NCBI GenBank assembly: GCA_046706235.1
Contig: JBJKPO010000267.1
Span: 1 to 26,551 of the forward strand
From: Bacillota bacterium
Lineage (GTDB): Bacteria; Bacillota; UBA4882; UBA8346
Direction: 5' to 3'
Length of the DNA stretch: 26,551 bases
Position 1 is the first letter of the stretch. The number at the start of each line of letters is the position of its first letter. The notes beneath the pieces are model-generated. The model did no database searches. It was given only the letters and a program-made list of their open reading frames with translations, and was not told where the DNA came from. Made by a program: the position numbers and the translations under genes. Positions 17,229 through 25,305 of this stretch are shown piece after piece.

Positions 17229-18005
17229 TTGGACTCAAACTGGGCTTTTTTAAGAATTGCGTTTAAAAATTCGTTTGTTTACCGAAGCACGGTTTTTATC
17301 GGAATATTCGGATCTTTTTTTGGCATTTTAGCCCAAATAGCTCTCTGGAGTTTTATTTTTCGTGGGAAACCGGGAACGATTCAATATATGACCGTTTACG
17401 TGGTTGTGGCGCAACTGTTGGGAATATTATATATCAATAACATTTCCGATCGAATTGGAGCGAAAGTAAGAAGTGGGGATTTTGTGATAGATTTAATCAA
17501 ACCGGCCAATCCAGTTTTTACCTTTTGGAGCACATCGGTGGGGATAACGACTTCAAATATGATAATAAGAGGGATACCACTCCTTTTAATATTTCTACCG
17601 GTCATTATAAAATTAAAACTGGATGCGGGGGAATTAGCTCTATTCGTGGTTATTTGCGGATTGGGCTTTGTTATGGTGAGTCTGATGTATATTTTGATTG
17701 GTTATCTTGCCTTTATTGTTCTTGAAGTCTGGCCTTTTGTACGATTGTTAAATGATACGGTGCGACTACTTGCGGGGGCGGTTATTCCCATAGCTTTTTT
17801 TCCACCCTGGATTGGAAGGGCGGTTAAACTGATGCCTTTTCATCTTTTGTATTCATTTCCGATACGATTACTACTTGAAGAATTGCCGCCCAACGAGATT
17901 ATTTTTAACATGATGATCATGGTTTTCTGGATTATTATGCTTTCGATTGCGCTTAAGATTGTATATGGAGTTGCGGTAAGATTCTGTATAGTTCAGGGAG
18001 GTTAG
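17229..18005 (+). CDS. ABC-2 type transporter permease (DUF990/COG4587-like)
   Basis: About 6 TM segments; IGAKVRSGDFVIDLIKP, GAVIPIAFFP, LMPFHLLYSFP; TTG start. Confidence 0.88.
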   Translation: MDSNWAFLRIAFKNSFVYRSTVFIGIFGSFFGILAQIALWSFIFRGKPGTIQYMTVYVVVAQLLGILYINNISDRIGAKVRSGDFVIDLIKPANPVFTFWSTSVGITTSNMIIRGIPLLLIFLPVIIKLKLDAGELALFVVICGLGFVMVSLMYILIGYLAFIVLEVWPFVRLLNDTVRLLAGAVIPIAFFPPWIGRAVKLMPFHLLYSFPIRLLLEELPPNEIIFNMMIMVFWIIMLSIALKIVYGVAVRFCIVQGG

Positions 18006-18007
18006 CA

Positions 18008-18811
18008 ATGGATTTACTCAAACTATATGGGACATATATTTGTATGTTTTTTAAGTCGCGGAAAGAATACAAAGCAAGTTTTATTGCTGGTATTTTTGCC
18101 AATTTCTATTGTTATTTGATTACTTATATTACTTTTTGGATACTGACCAAAAAGTTTACCTCCATTGGCGGGTGGGATTTTTCCGAAGTTACCATACTGT
18201 ATGGAATTAATCTATTTACCTATGCAATTTCCGGAACACTATTTTGGAATACGCTATATTTCCTGGAACGGATGGTTACGACCGGAGAATTGGATAGGTA
18301 CCTGGTCCGCCCCGTTGGCATAATACCTCAGCTTATGTGTCAGGGTTTTGGTTATACTTTTCTCGGCCAGATTTTAGTAACGTTGATATTTTTGATTATA
18401 GCGTTCCACCATTTAATTGCCGGATTGACTGTTCTAAAAGTAGTTTACTTGATTTTGGCGATTGCCGGAGGTATTATGCTTCAGTCCGGAGCGATGATAT
18501 TAGTTGGATCCTTAAGTTTTTGGTTGTTGCGTTCCACCGAAATCGGGCAGATTGTTTATTATGACATCCGTAACTTTGTTAATTATCCTTTAAGCATCTA
18601 TCCGAAACTGGTAAAGATTATTTTAACCTTTGTATTTCCCTGGGCTTTTATTAACTATTACCCCGGGGTTGTGTTTTTAGGGAAAGCCGCTGGGGGAACT
18701 TTTGAATTTATTTCAGGGTTACTGGCGCCAATCGTGGGATTTTTATTTCTAGCCGTAGCGGTAACTTTATTTAAAACAGGCATGAAACGCTATTCAAGTG
18801 CGGGTAATTAG
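18008..18811 (+). CDS. ABC-2 type transporter permease (DUF990/COG3694-like)
   Basis: IGGWDFSE, GELDRYLVRP, YPLSIYP, YSSAGN C-terminus. Confidence 0.9.
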   Translation: MDLLKLYGTYICMFFKSRKEYKASFIAGIFANFYCYLITYITFWILTKKFTSIGGWDFSEVTILYGINLFTYAISGTLFWNTLYFLERMVTTGELDRYLVRPVGIIPQLMCQGFGYTFLGQILVTLIFLIIAFHHLIAGLTVLKVVYLILAIAGGIMLQSGAMILVGSLSFWLLRSTEIGQIVYYDIRNFVNYPLSIYPKLVKIILTFVFPWAFINYYPGVVFLGKAAGGTFEFISGLLAPIVGFLFLAVAVTLFKTGMKRYSSAGN

Positions 18812-18886
18812 AAGAATTAAGATAAAAACCGGTGTGTTTTGCTTAAAAATTAGGTTTTTTAATACTGTTTTCAGAGGAGGAGACTC

Positions 18887-19864
18887 ATGCCGGTAATCGA
18901 GGCGAACGATTTAACGAGGGATTTTAAGATAATGAAGCGGGATAGTAACTTTTGGCGTTTTCTTTTTTCACGGCAATATGAAACCAAACGCGCTATTGAT
19001 GGAATTAGTTTTGAGATTTCAGCGGGTGAATTGGTGGGATATATCGGGCCCAACGGCGCCGGTAAATCAACCACAATCAAAACACTTACCGGTATTTTAG
19101 TGCCGTCGAGTGGAACAGTATCGGTCCTTGGCAATACTCCTTATCTAAAACGAAAAGAGAATGCCTCTCAAATTGGGGTTGTTTTCGGCCAACGCACTCA
19201 ACTTTGGTGGGACTTGCCGGTGGTTGATTCCTTCGATCTATTACGCCGGATTTATAAAATACCGGGAGAAATCTATGAACAAAATCTGAAAACCTTTACG
19301 GATATACTTGATATTGACAGCTTTCTTAATAAACCGGTAAGGCAACTGAGTTTAGGGCAGCGTATGAGGGCGGATTTGGCGGCGTCTCTTTTACATAACC
19401 CGAGGATACTTTTTTTAGATGAACCGACTATCGGGCTTGATATTGTGGTAAAAAAGCAAGTCAGGCAGTTTATCAGGAAGATGCGCAATGAGAGGGGGCT
19501 TACAGTTATCCTAACGACCCATGATATGAAAGATATTGAGGAGATATGCGATCGGATCATCATGATCGATCATGGAAAAATCATGCTTGATATGAAAGTT
19601 GACGAAGTACGGGACAAATTCGGCGGTTTTAATACCCTGACGGTATATTTTGATGTTGAACCGGATAATATCCAGATACCTTATGTAGAAATCGTTTCGA
19701 AAGACGGTCCGAGATGGACGATAACCTTTCAGAAAGATAAAATAGCGGCTAATGAACTGATAACCAGGATTTCAGCGATTTCAACCGTTAGAGATATATC
19801 CTTAAAAGAACCGGATATTGAGGATGTTATTAGAGATATCTACACGGGCAGGATTTGTTTATAA
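18887..19864 (+). CDS. ABC transporter ATP-binding protein (COG4586-like)
   Basis: Walker A GPNGAGKST, signature LSLGQRMR, Walker B LFLDEPT, H-loop TTHD. Confidence 0.95.
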   Translation: MPVIEANDLTRDFKIMKRDSNFWRFLFSRQYETKRAIDGISFEISAGELVGYIGPNGAGKSTTIKTLTGILVPSSGTVSVLGNTPYLKRKENASQIGVVFGQRTQLWWDLPVVDSFDLLRRIYKIPGEIYEQNLKTFTDILDIDSFLNKPVRQLSLGQRMRADLAASLLHNPRILFLDEPTIGLDIVVKKQVRQFIRKMRNERGLTVILTTHDMKDIEEICDRIIMIDHGKIMLDMKVDEVRDKFGGFNTLTVYFDVEPDNIQIPYVEIVSKDGPRWTITFQKDKIAANELITRISAISTVRDISLKEPDIEDVIRDIYTGRICL

Positions 19865-19928
19865 ATAACAATTTAGCGCTGCTTAAATACTTTCTCGCCC
19901 GTTGAAACAATAAATCATATTCCTTCAA
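19863..19928 (-). pseudogene. Truncated HEPN toxin gene (first ~22 codons only)
   Basis: TTG at 19928 overlaps the MNT stop (TTGA) and has an AAGGAG RBS. It reads MKEYDLLFQRARKYLSSAKLLF, a typical start for the HEPN partner of an MNT, then runs into antisense ATPase sequence and stops at 19830. Confidence 0.7.
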
Positions 19929-20239
19929 ATCAAAACTCCTTCGCGATGTATATTATTCAAAAACGGAGTCTCAGCAATTTCATAATCCCCGGCGGAGACC
20001 GGACACACGGAAAGTAGTTCGCCGTATTTCAGATTTAAATCTGTAATCAGATCGAGCATCCGGTCGATTTCTTTTCCCGGTGTTATTTTATTAGTTAATA
20101 CCACCATCAGATCGATATCGGAGTTCTCGTTTGCCTCGCCACGTGCCCAAGAACCGTATAAGATGATGCTTTGTAAATTATCTCCATATAATTTCTGAAG
20201 ATTTGCTTTGAATTCCGGAATTATTTCGGGTATATTCAC
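19925..20239 (-). CDS. Minimal nucleotidyltransferase (MNT/MntA-type antitoxin), 104 aa
   Basis: LYGSWARGEANENSDIDL (GS...DxD) and HREGVLI C-terminus; GTG 20239 after AAGGA. Confidence 0.9.
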   Translation of the reverse strand: MNIPEIIPEFKANLQKLYGDNLQSIILYGSWARGEANENSDIDLMVVLTNKITPGKEIDRMLDLITDLNLKYGELLSVCPVSAGDYEIAETPFLNNIHREGVLI

Positions 20240-20411
20240 ATGATTATCCTTGTAGTTTTTAATGTAATTATAACACAAAATATACTATAAATGCTCGGTA
20301 TTCCTATACTTCACTCGAACTTTTTTGAAGAATATATTCGGGAAACAATGGTTCAACAACAGCAACTCATTTTATCAAATGGGTGATGTTGCACAAACAA
20401 GGACGAATAAT

Positions 20412-20651
20412 TTACTTTGAACCAATCGACCCGGGCTTTTTACTCCAATTTCGATCAGTGCGGTCTTTAATATAAAATCTGGTTATTTCGCCGCAATCAA
20501 GGCAGATATCGCAATACATTTGGGTAACCCCGATAAATATCCCCTTGGAATATTTCGGACCGATATTTCCCACTTCGGCGGATTGTCCAATTGTCACTCC
20601 GCTTTCGATACGGCTCCCGCCGCAGTTTGTACAAGATGTGTTCATATCCAT
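20412..20651 (-). CDS. Small zinc-ribbon protein (CxxC...CxxC), 79 aa
   Basis: CTNCGG and CLDCGE pairs; AAGGGCGG upstream of the ATG. Confidence 0.78.
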   Translation of the reverse strand: MDMNTSCTNCGGSRIESGVTIGQSAEVGNIGPKYSKGIFIGVTQMYCDICLDCGEITRFYIKDRTDRNWSKKPGSIGSK

Positions 20652-20805
20652 TACCGCCCTTGAATTTTTGTAGTTTATCCATGACTTCTTTCTTCTTGGA
20701 TATATTTCTATTATACCAGCCTGATGAATTCTTTAATAGTTTTGCTAAGCTAAAGTAAAATCGGTAGTCTTTTTTGATCCTTTTTGTCCCTTTAATCGGC
20801 ATGCT

Positions 20806-20890
20806 TCACACCCTTGGACGCGCACATGCCGCAAGAAAACCACTATCCTTTTGTGGTCTAAAAGAAATTTGGATGGCCTGGATAATTTTT
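20806..20890 (-). pseudogene. 3' part of the IS-interrupted SIR2-like frame
   Basis: In frame with 21778-21976 once the IS and one TSD copy are removed; TGA at 20806-20808. Confidence 0.45.
20883..20890. repeat. Target-site duplication, left copy
   Basis: TAATTTTT directly before the IS terminal repeat; identical to 21778-21785. Confidence 0.85.
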
Positions 20891-20895
20891 GTTGG

Positions 20896-21686
20896 TTATA
20901 AAGATGACTCAGCACGAGTTATAGGATGGACGAAAAGACAAGCATTAATGAGTTTATCAAAGATCGCAGGTTCGCAAAACCTTCGATTTAAACGATAACA
21001 AAATTCATCCAAGTATTTTTGCAAGTGGGTTTTGGGTAAACCATGATAAGTACCTAGAATATACGATTTTGCGTTAGAAATTATCACATTGACCCAATGA
21101 AGTATCTCTTTTGCCTTTTCCTTGTCCTTACTGGCGATGACAATTTCATGCGCATAGCCTTTCAAATTAGCAATGGTTTTATGGGCATCCGAACGAATGG
21201 TGCTCCCAAGATCAATCATATCCGAAATCGCTTTAGAAACCGTTTCATCCTTCATGTTTTCAATGACTTTCATTTTTGCAAAGAGAGGATGTTCTTGATC
21301 CTCGGTTAGGCTTATTGCTACAAGGACATTGGCCTTTTCGGTGCCATGGCCTCGTTTTTTATCTTCCACAACACTACCGAAAAAAGCATCATCAACGATT
21401 ACAGTACCTTCCAACGTATAATATTCATCCCTGGCAGCCATCGCCTGTCGGATTTTGTGAAACATTAGCCATGCTGTTTTTTACAATGAGCGCATTGATA
21501 CAAATGGCGTTGTTTGACGAAGTAATATCCGGTATGGCCACAATTTGAACAAATAAAACCATTTGGCCAACGGAATTTAAAAAGATAGTTCCGACAAGCG
21601 TCTTCGTCATTAAATTGTTGTTGAAATTCCGTAATTGGAATATCAACCTTACGCTTTTTTAGTACTTCTTTTACAGGTTTTTTCAT
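20896..21686 (-). pseudogene. IS1595 transposase, split by a deletion/frameshift at about 21471-21480
   Basis: N-terminal Zn ribbon RWPNGFICSNC...YQCAHC (ATG 21686 after GGAGG). The catalytic part is in another frame: KTAWLMFHKIR, VDDAFFG, RSDAH, ISNAKSYILGTYHG, YLDEFCYRLNRR. Confidence 0.9.
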
Positions 21687-21701
21687 TATGAACCCTCCGA
21701 T

Positions 21702-21749
21702 AAAACATATGTTTGGTATAATTCTATCCCAAACATATGTTCTTGTCAA
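21702..21749 (-). promoter_or_regulatory. Transposase promoter with two LexA-like boxes
   Basis: TTGACA (21744-21749), 17 nt, TAGAAT (21721-21726). AGAACATATGTTTG in the spacer (21730-21743) and CAAACATATGTTTT at 21702-21715. Confidence 0.7.
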
Positions 21750-21777
21750 GAATTCCTGAATGAAATTTATAACCAAC

Positions 21778-21980
21778 TAATTTTTTGATAATTGGAATCG
21801 GGAAATTGGGTTAAATTTAGAAGTTCGTTTAGCAAGCCTTCCCAAATCGGCAAGGATTGGCCATTGGACCGGGGAATTCCGGCGGAAAGGCCGGACCTGC
21901 TAAAAATAAAGCAGTGGTTTAAGATTAGTATATCTATTAAGTTTTTATCGGAGGTTGGGATGTTGTTTAGTATGGGTCAC
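21778..21980 (-). pseudogene. 5' part of a cryptic SIR2-like (SIR2_2-type) gene remnant
   Basis: Open frame 21976-21778 with no intact start: PILNNIPTSDKNLIDILILNHCFIFSRSGLSAGIPRSNGQSLPIWEGLLNELL. This resembles the GxGxS...LPxWxxLL N-terminus of SIR2-like proteins. Confidence 0.5.
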
Positions 21981-22022
21981 CGTAAAAATGTGATACATGA
22001 TTTATATAATATTAATAGGTTA

Positions 22023-22783
22023 TTAGGGGTTTTCGATCTCTGAAATCAAGTCTTTTGCTAGATTATCTAAATCAGGAAAAATCGTTGATGTTGTAACACC
22101 GAGAACTGCTAGTTCAAAAAGTAACCTTTCAATGATTTCATCTTCATTGACGATTCTATATTCTATTAAACATTCTGCCAATTCTATGTTATTATTTCTG
22201 AATATATCAGGTATTGGATCGAGTAACTTTCCATGAACAGTGAAACAACTGCGTTGAGCAATCATACGATAATCTTGATAGACAGCCGGCATTGCTATTG
22301 GTAATAAGAAACCTTTATTTTCATTTCTTACCTCCCAAGCTAGGGCAACATTCTCATATCCTTTCCCTATCCAACTTAGAGGAAATTGATATAGTCTATT
22401 GATATGCCCATTGCAAGCTCATTCAATCGGTGAGGATTGAGCATATATACCCTAGGATTAGATTTTTTTCTATTAATAGCGAAGAAAAGTGCAAATAGTG
22501 CTCCCTCAGTCCAATCTAATAAGCGCGTTGGGAGACCATAATGTTGTGCAAGGAATAACCATTTATCAGTTTCTAAACGGGGTGGAGTATTCGCAAGGCC
22601 TCCAGCCTTCCGCCGAAATGATTGAACAAAGTAATTTTCTTGTTCTTTTGTATACTTTGCTATTTTGGGTAATAAAGGTAATTCATTTCCGGATTCCCCA
22701 CGAAACCACGGCTTTGTTTTTGGAGGCCATTTATTAAGGTCTTCCTGAATCGATTTAATAAATTCTACCGTTGATCTGATCAT
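22023..22783 (-). pseudogene. FRG domain protein, single frameshift at about 22376-22390
   Basis: WFRG and QHYGLPTRLLDWT in 22376-22783. The second frame continues PLSWIGKGYEN...PIAMPAVYQDYRMIAQRSCFTVHG to the stop at 22023. Confidence 0.85.
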
Positions 22784-22811
22784 TAATCCTTTTTTGACTC
22801 CTTCCCATTAG

Positions 22812-22843
22812 TAGAGTTGTGATAAACCCAAATTAATAGCTAA
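22812..22843 (-). repeat. 32-bp dispersed repeat, upstream of the FRG gene
   Basis: TAGAGTTGTGATAAACCCAAATTAATAGCTAA. Confidence 0.8.
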
Positions 22844-22872
22844 TTTAAATTATTTAACGACCATTTATAAGA

Positions 22873-23862
22873 TTAATTTATCAACATCCCGTATTTATTG
22901 TTATACTTTAGAAATACCTTTAATTCGGGATTCAATTTGTTTATATATTCATCTATAAAATCTTGAACAAAAGGGGCAATTTGGTACTGACTATCATCTG
23001 GAGGTGTTAAGTCACAATCAAGATAATCTAAATAGTCTGTCGATCCAATCATAATAGGATCAATAAATATCAATAATATCATAAAAAAAGCAGCAATGAA
23101 TTCTAATCTTGAAATTATTTCATTAAAACAGTTCATTATATCCGGAGAATCAATTTCTATTAAATTATGTCGCGTAAAAGTTCTGCCATTATTGTGAGTA
23201 TAATCATTCAGCTTCTTACGAATACTTTCCCATTCACTCTCCAAATTGTACTTTTTTATAACCTCATTTATAGACACATTATTTTTAAGATATGTCATAT
23301 AGTTTTCAAAAAATAATTTCCGCCTTTGTTGATTTGAAAGACTATATACGTTGTCATCAAACCAAGCATCAATACATTTGTCTTCATCAGTTTTTAAGCA
23401 ACCGCTTACTTCAATATTTAATGTTAATTCAACCATTTTTATAAATTTGTCTACATCCATGCCGTCTCCGATTAATTCTTTTATCTGTTCGTCACTCAAA
23501 CAATTGCGGTTGTTTAAAACATCTATAATATACAAAAATAAAACCAAATCATCACGGAATTTTCTAATTAATGCATTTGCATCACTAAAACTACCGAACA
23601 TGCAGCAATGATCTATATTATTAAGAGTTTTAACCGTTGAGTCGATAAGATCCGTCTGAAGAAAGTGAATCTTAGTGTCCGACATACAAGTTGTAACATG
23701 TCCACTAATAGATATAAGTGTTGACAGAGAATCAAAAAATTCCATCAATTTGTAATTCTTGTCTTTAAATTTAATATAAACATCACTTTTTGTAATGCAA
23801 AATTTTATTTGTTCCAAATCCGATACACTATATTTAAACCTCCCGGCAAAATTGATTGACAA
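22873..23862 (-). CDS. AT-rich hypothetical protein, possibly HEPN-like (DUF5677-type); start uncertain
   Basis: 329-codon open frame. The helical motifs DANALIRKFRDD and IRKKLNDYTHNNG loosely recall HEPN-like folds. Confidence 0.7.
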   Translation of the reverse strand: MSINFAGRFKYSVSDLEQIKFCITKSDVYIKFKDKNYKLMEFFDSLSTLISISGHVTTCMSDTKIHFLQTDLIDSTVKTLNNIDHCCMFGSFSDANALIRKFRDDLVLFLYIIDVLNNRNCLSDEQIKELIGDGMDVDKFIKMVELTLNIEVSGCLKTDEDKCIDAWFDDNVYSLSNQQRRKLFFENYMTYLKNNVSINEVIKKYNLESEWESIRKKLNDYTHNNGRTFTRHNLIEIDSPDIMNCFNEIISRLEFIAAFFMILLIFIDPIMIGSTDYLDYLDCDLTPPDDSQYQIAPFVQDFIDEYINKLNPELKVFLKYNNKYGMLIN

Positions 23863-24119
23863 CTCTTTTATTATTATTCATGACCTCGGAGGACTGTGGT
23901 TACCCTTTTAAAGGGCAAAGAGATCAAATAGGCATTCTCAACCACTTGCAATTCTTATGTCTTTAATCTTTCGTTTCCTAAATAATCTAAAGTGCTAATA
24001 ACAAATTCCCATTTAATTTCGATATTTTTTACCTGTTCCTCTTTTTTCCAAAACAAAAATCAGGATTTCTCCCGACTTTAGTTTTATTTTACTGAACTGA
24101 ATACAAGAAATGTTTAATA

Positions 24120-24335
24120 TTGCGAGGAAAGATGAGGTATAATGAATTTAAGAAAAGGAATAAGAGAGTGATGGTTTTGACAACAATGTTGTCAGAGATG
24201 AAGGCGCTCTCAGAATGGCAAACTCAACGTGGGAAGCGCATGGCGCAATGCTTGGAGAAAATTGCGGATACCGGAGGCATTCAAGGGATAACAGATCCAA
24301 TGGAATGGCAACGAGAGATCCGAAAAGAAAGATAA
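24120..24335 (+). pseudogene. Small ORF resembling the C-terminal half of antitoxin-like proteins that precede PIN toxins; probable remnant
   Basis: RGKRMAQCLEKIA...ITDPMEWQREIRKER pattern; no toxin follows, and the start is unclear (24120 or 24171). Confidence 0.4.
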
Positions 24336-24376
24336 AGTTTCACTCTTCACCCTTCAAACTTCCGTGTGTACACGGC

Positions 24377-25195
24377 TTACCCCATCTTCACTTTCTTCCT
24401 CCCTTTTTCAGGTTCCACCGGCGGTTTTTTCTCAGTGGCCTCAATACTGGCCCGCAATGCTTCCATTAAATCGATGATTTTGCCGCTTTCCCGTTCCGGG
24501 GTCTGGGCGATTTCGCCGCCGGTGATTTTGTTTTGGATTACGGCCATCAAGTCTTCCCGGTAACGGTTGGTATATTTGGCGGGATCAAAATGGCTTGAAA
24601 GGTTGCCGATCAGACTGTTGGCCATTTTTATCTCATTTTCGTGCAAGGCCGGTTCAAGCTGCAAACCGGTCAACCCGGCGGTCGAACGGATTTCATCCGG
24701 GTAAAAGACGATCGCCATTAACAATGCATTTTGGTAAACCCGGAGCACGGCCAAGTTTTCCTTGGAACGGATCATCACTTTGGCCACCGCGATTTTACCT
24801 GTCTCCAGCATTGCCCGCCTTAACAGCGCATAGGCTTTTTCGCCGCCCTGGCTGGGTTCCAGATAGTAGCTTTTTTCAAAGTAAATGGGATCGATCTCGT
24901 TTAAATCGATAAAATCAAGGATATCAATGGTCTTACTGCCGCCATCGGGTATTTTGGCAAAATCCTCCTCTTTCAAAACCACGTATTGGCCCTTTTGAAA
25001 CTCATACCCCCAGACGATTTCCTCCTGTGGGACCTCCATATTGCAAGTCGGGCAGCGCCGTTCATATTTGATGGGCGTTTTGCATTTTTCATGAAGATAG
25101 TTGAACTTGATTTCTTTTTTTTCAGTGGCGGTGTATAGTTTCACCGGAACATTCACCAGTCCGAAACTGATGGCGCCTTTCCAGAGATTGCGCAT
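24377..25195 (-). CDS. ku: Non-homologous end-joining protein Ku
   Basis: MRNLWKGAISFGLVNVPVKLY, IDPIYFEKSYYL, DLMEALRAS and a basic C-terminal tail; GAGGTGA RBS. Confidence 0.96.
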   Translation of the reverse strand: MRNLWKGAISFGLVNVPVKLYTATEKKEIKFNYLHEKCKTPIKYERRCPTCNMEVPQEEIVWGYEFQKGQYVVLKEEDFAKIPDGGSKTIDILDFIDLNEIDPIYFEKSYYLEPSQGGEKAYALLRRAMLETGKIAVAKVMIRSKENLAVLRVYQNALLMAIVFYPDEIRSTAGLTGLQLEPALHENEIKMANSLIGNLSSHFDPAKYTNRYREDLMAVIQNKITGGEIAQTPERESGKIIDLMEALRASIEATEKKPPVEPEKGRKKVKMG

Positions 25196-25305
25196 CGCAA
25201 GTCACCTCACGGGTTAGTATTCCCGAAAGGAGGTTTTTTAAGTGATTTATATGATGAATCCCGGATAACCGGGATTTTATATAAGAGTGTTTATCCAATC
25301 CCATC

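Larger units (their letters stand above)
20891..21777 (-). mobile_element. IS1595-family element (ISPna2-like), 887 bp, internally deleted
   Basis: Terminal inverted repeats 20891-20913 and 21755-21777 match at 18/23, with the outer 12 bp GTTGGTTATAAA perfect. There is an 8-bp TSD and an IS1595-type transposase inside. Confidence 0.92.

Noticed and set aside
20497-20802. 101-aa ORF from the track
   Set aside because: It overlaps the better-supported zinc-ribbon gene in another frame, lacks an RBS, and its 5' part looks like promoter DNA (contains TATAAT).
21792-22043. 83-aa plus-strand ORF
   Set aside because: It is antisense to the SIR2-like remnant and the FRG 3' end, and has no RBS or recognisable motif.
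7607-22843. 32-bp repeats as a CRISPR array or integron attC sites
   Set aside because: The copies are kilobases apart and on both strands, with no spacers or cas genes. They lack the RYYYAAC...GTTRRRY attC architecture and no integrase is in the window.
23900-24110. Possible eroded minus-strand gene (…IEIKWEFVISTLDYLGNERLKT*)
   Set aside because: It needs frameshifts to extend and I could not assign any family.
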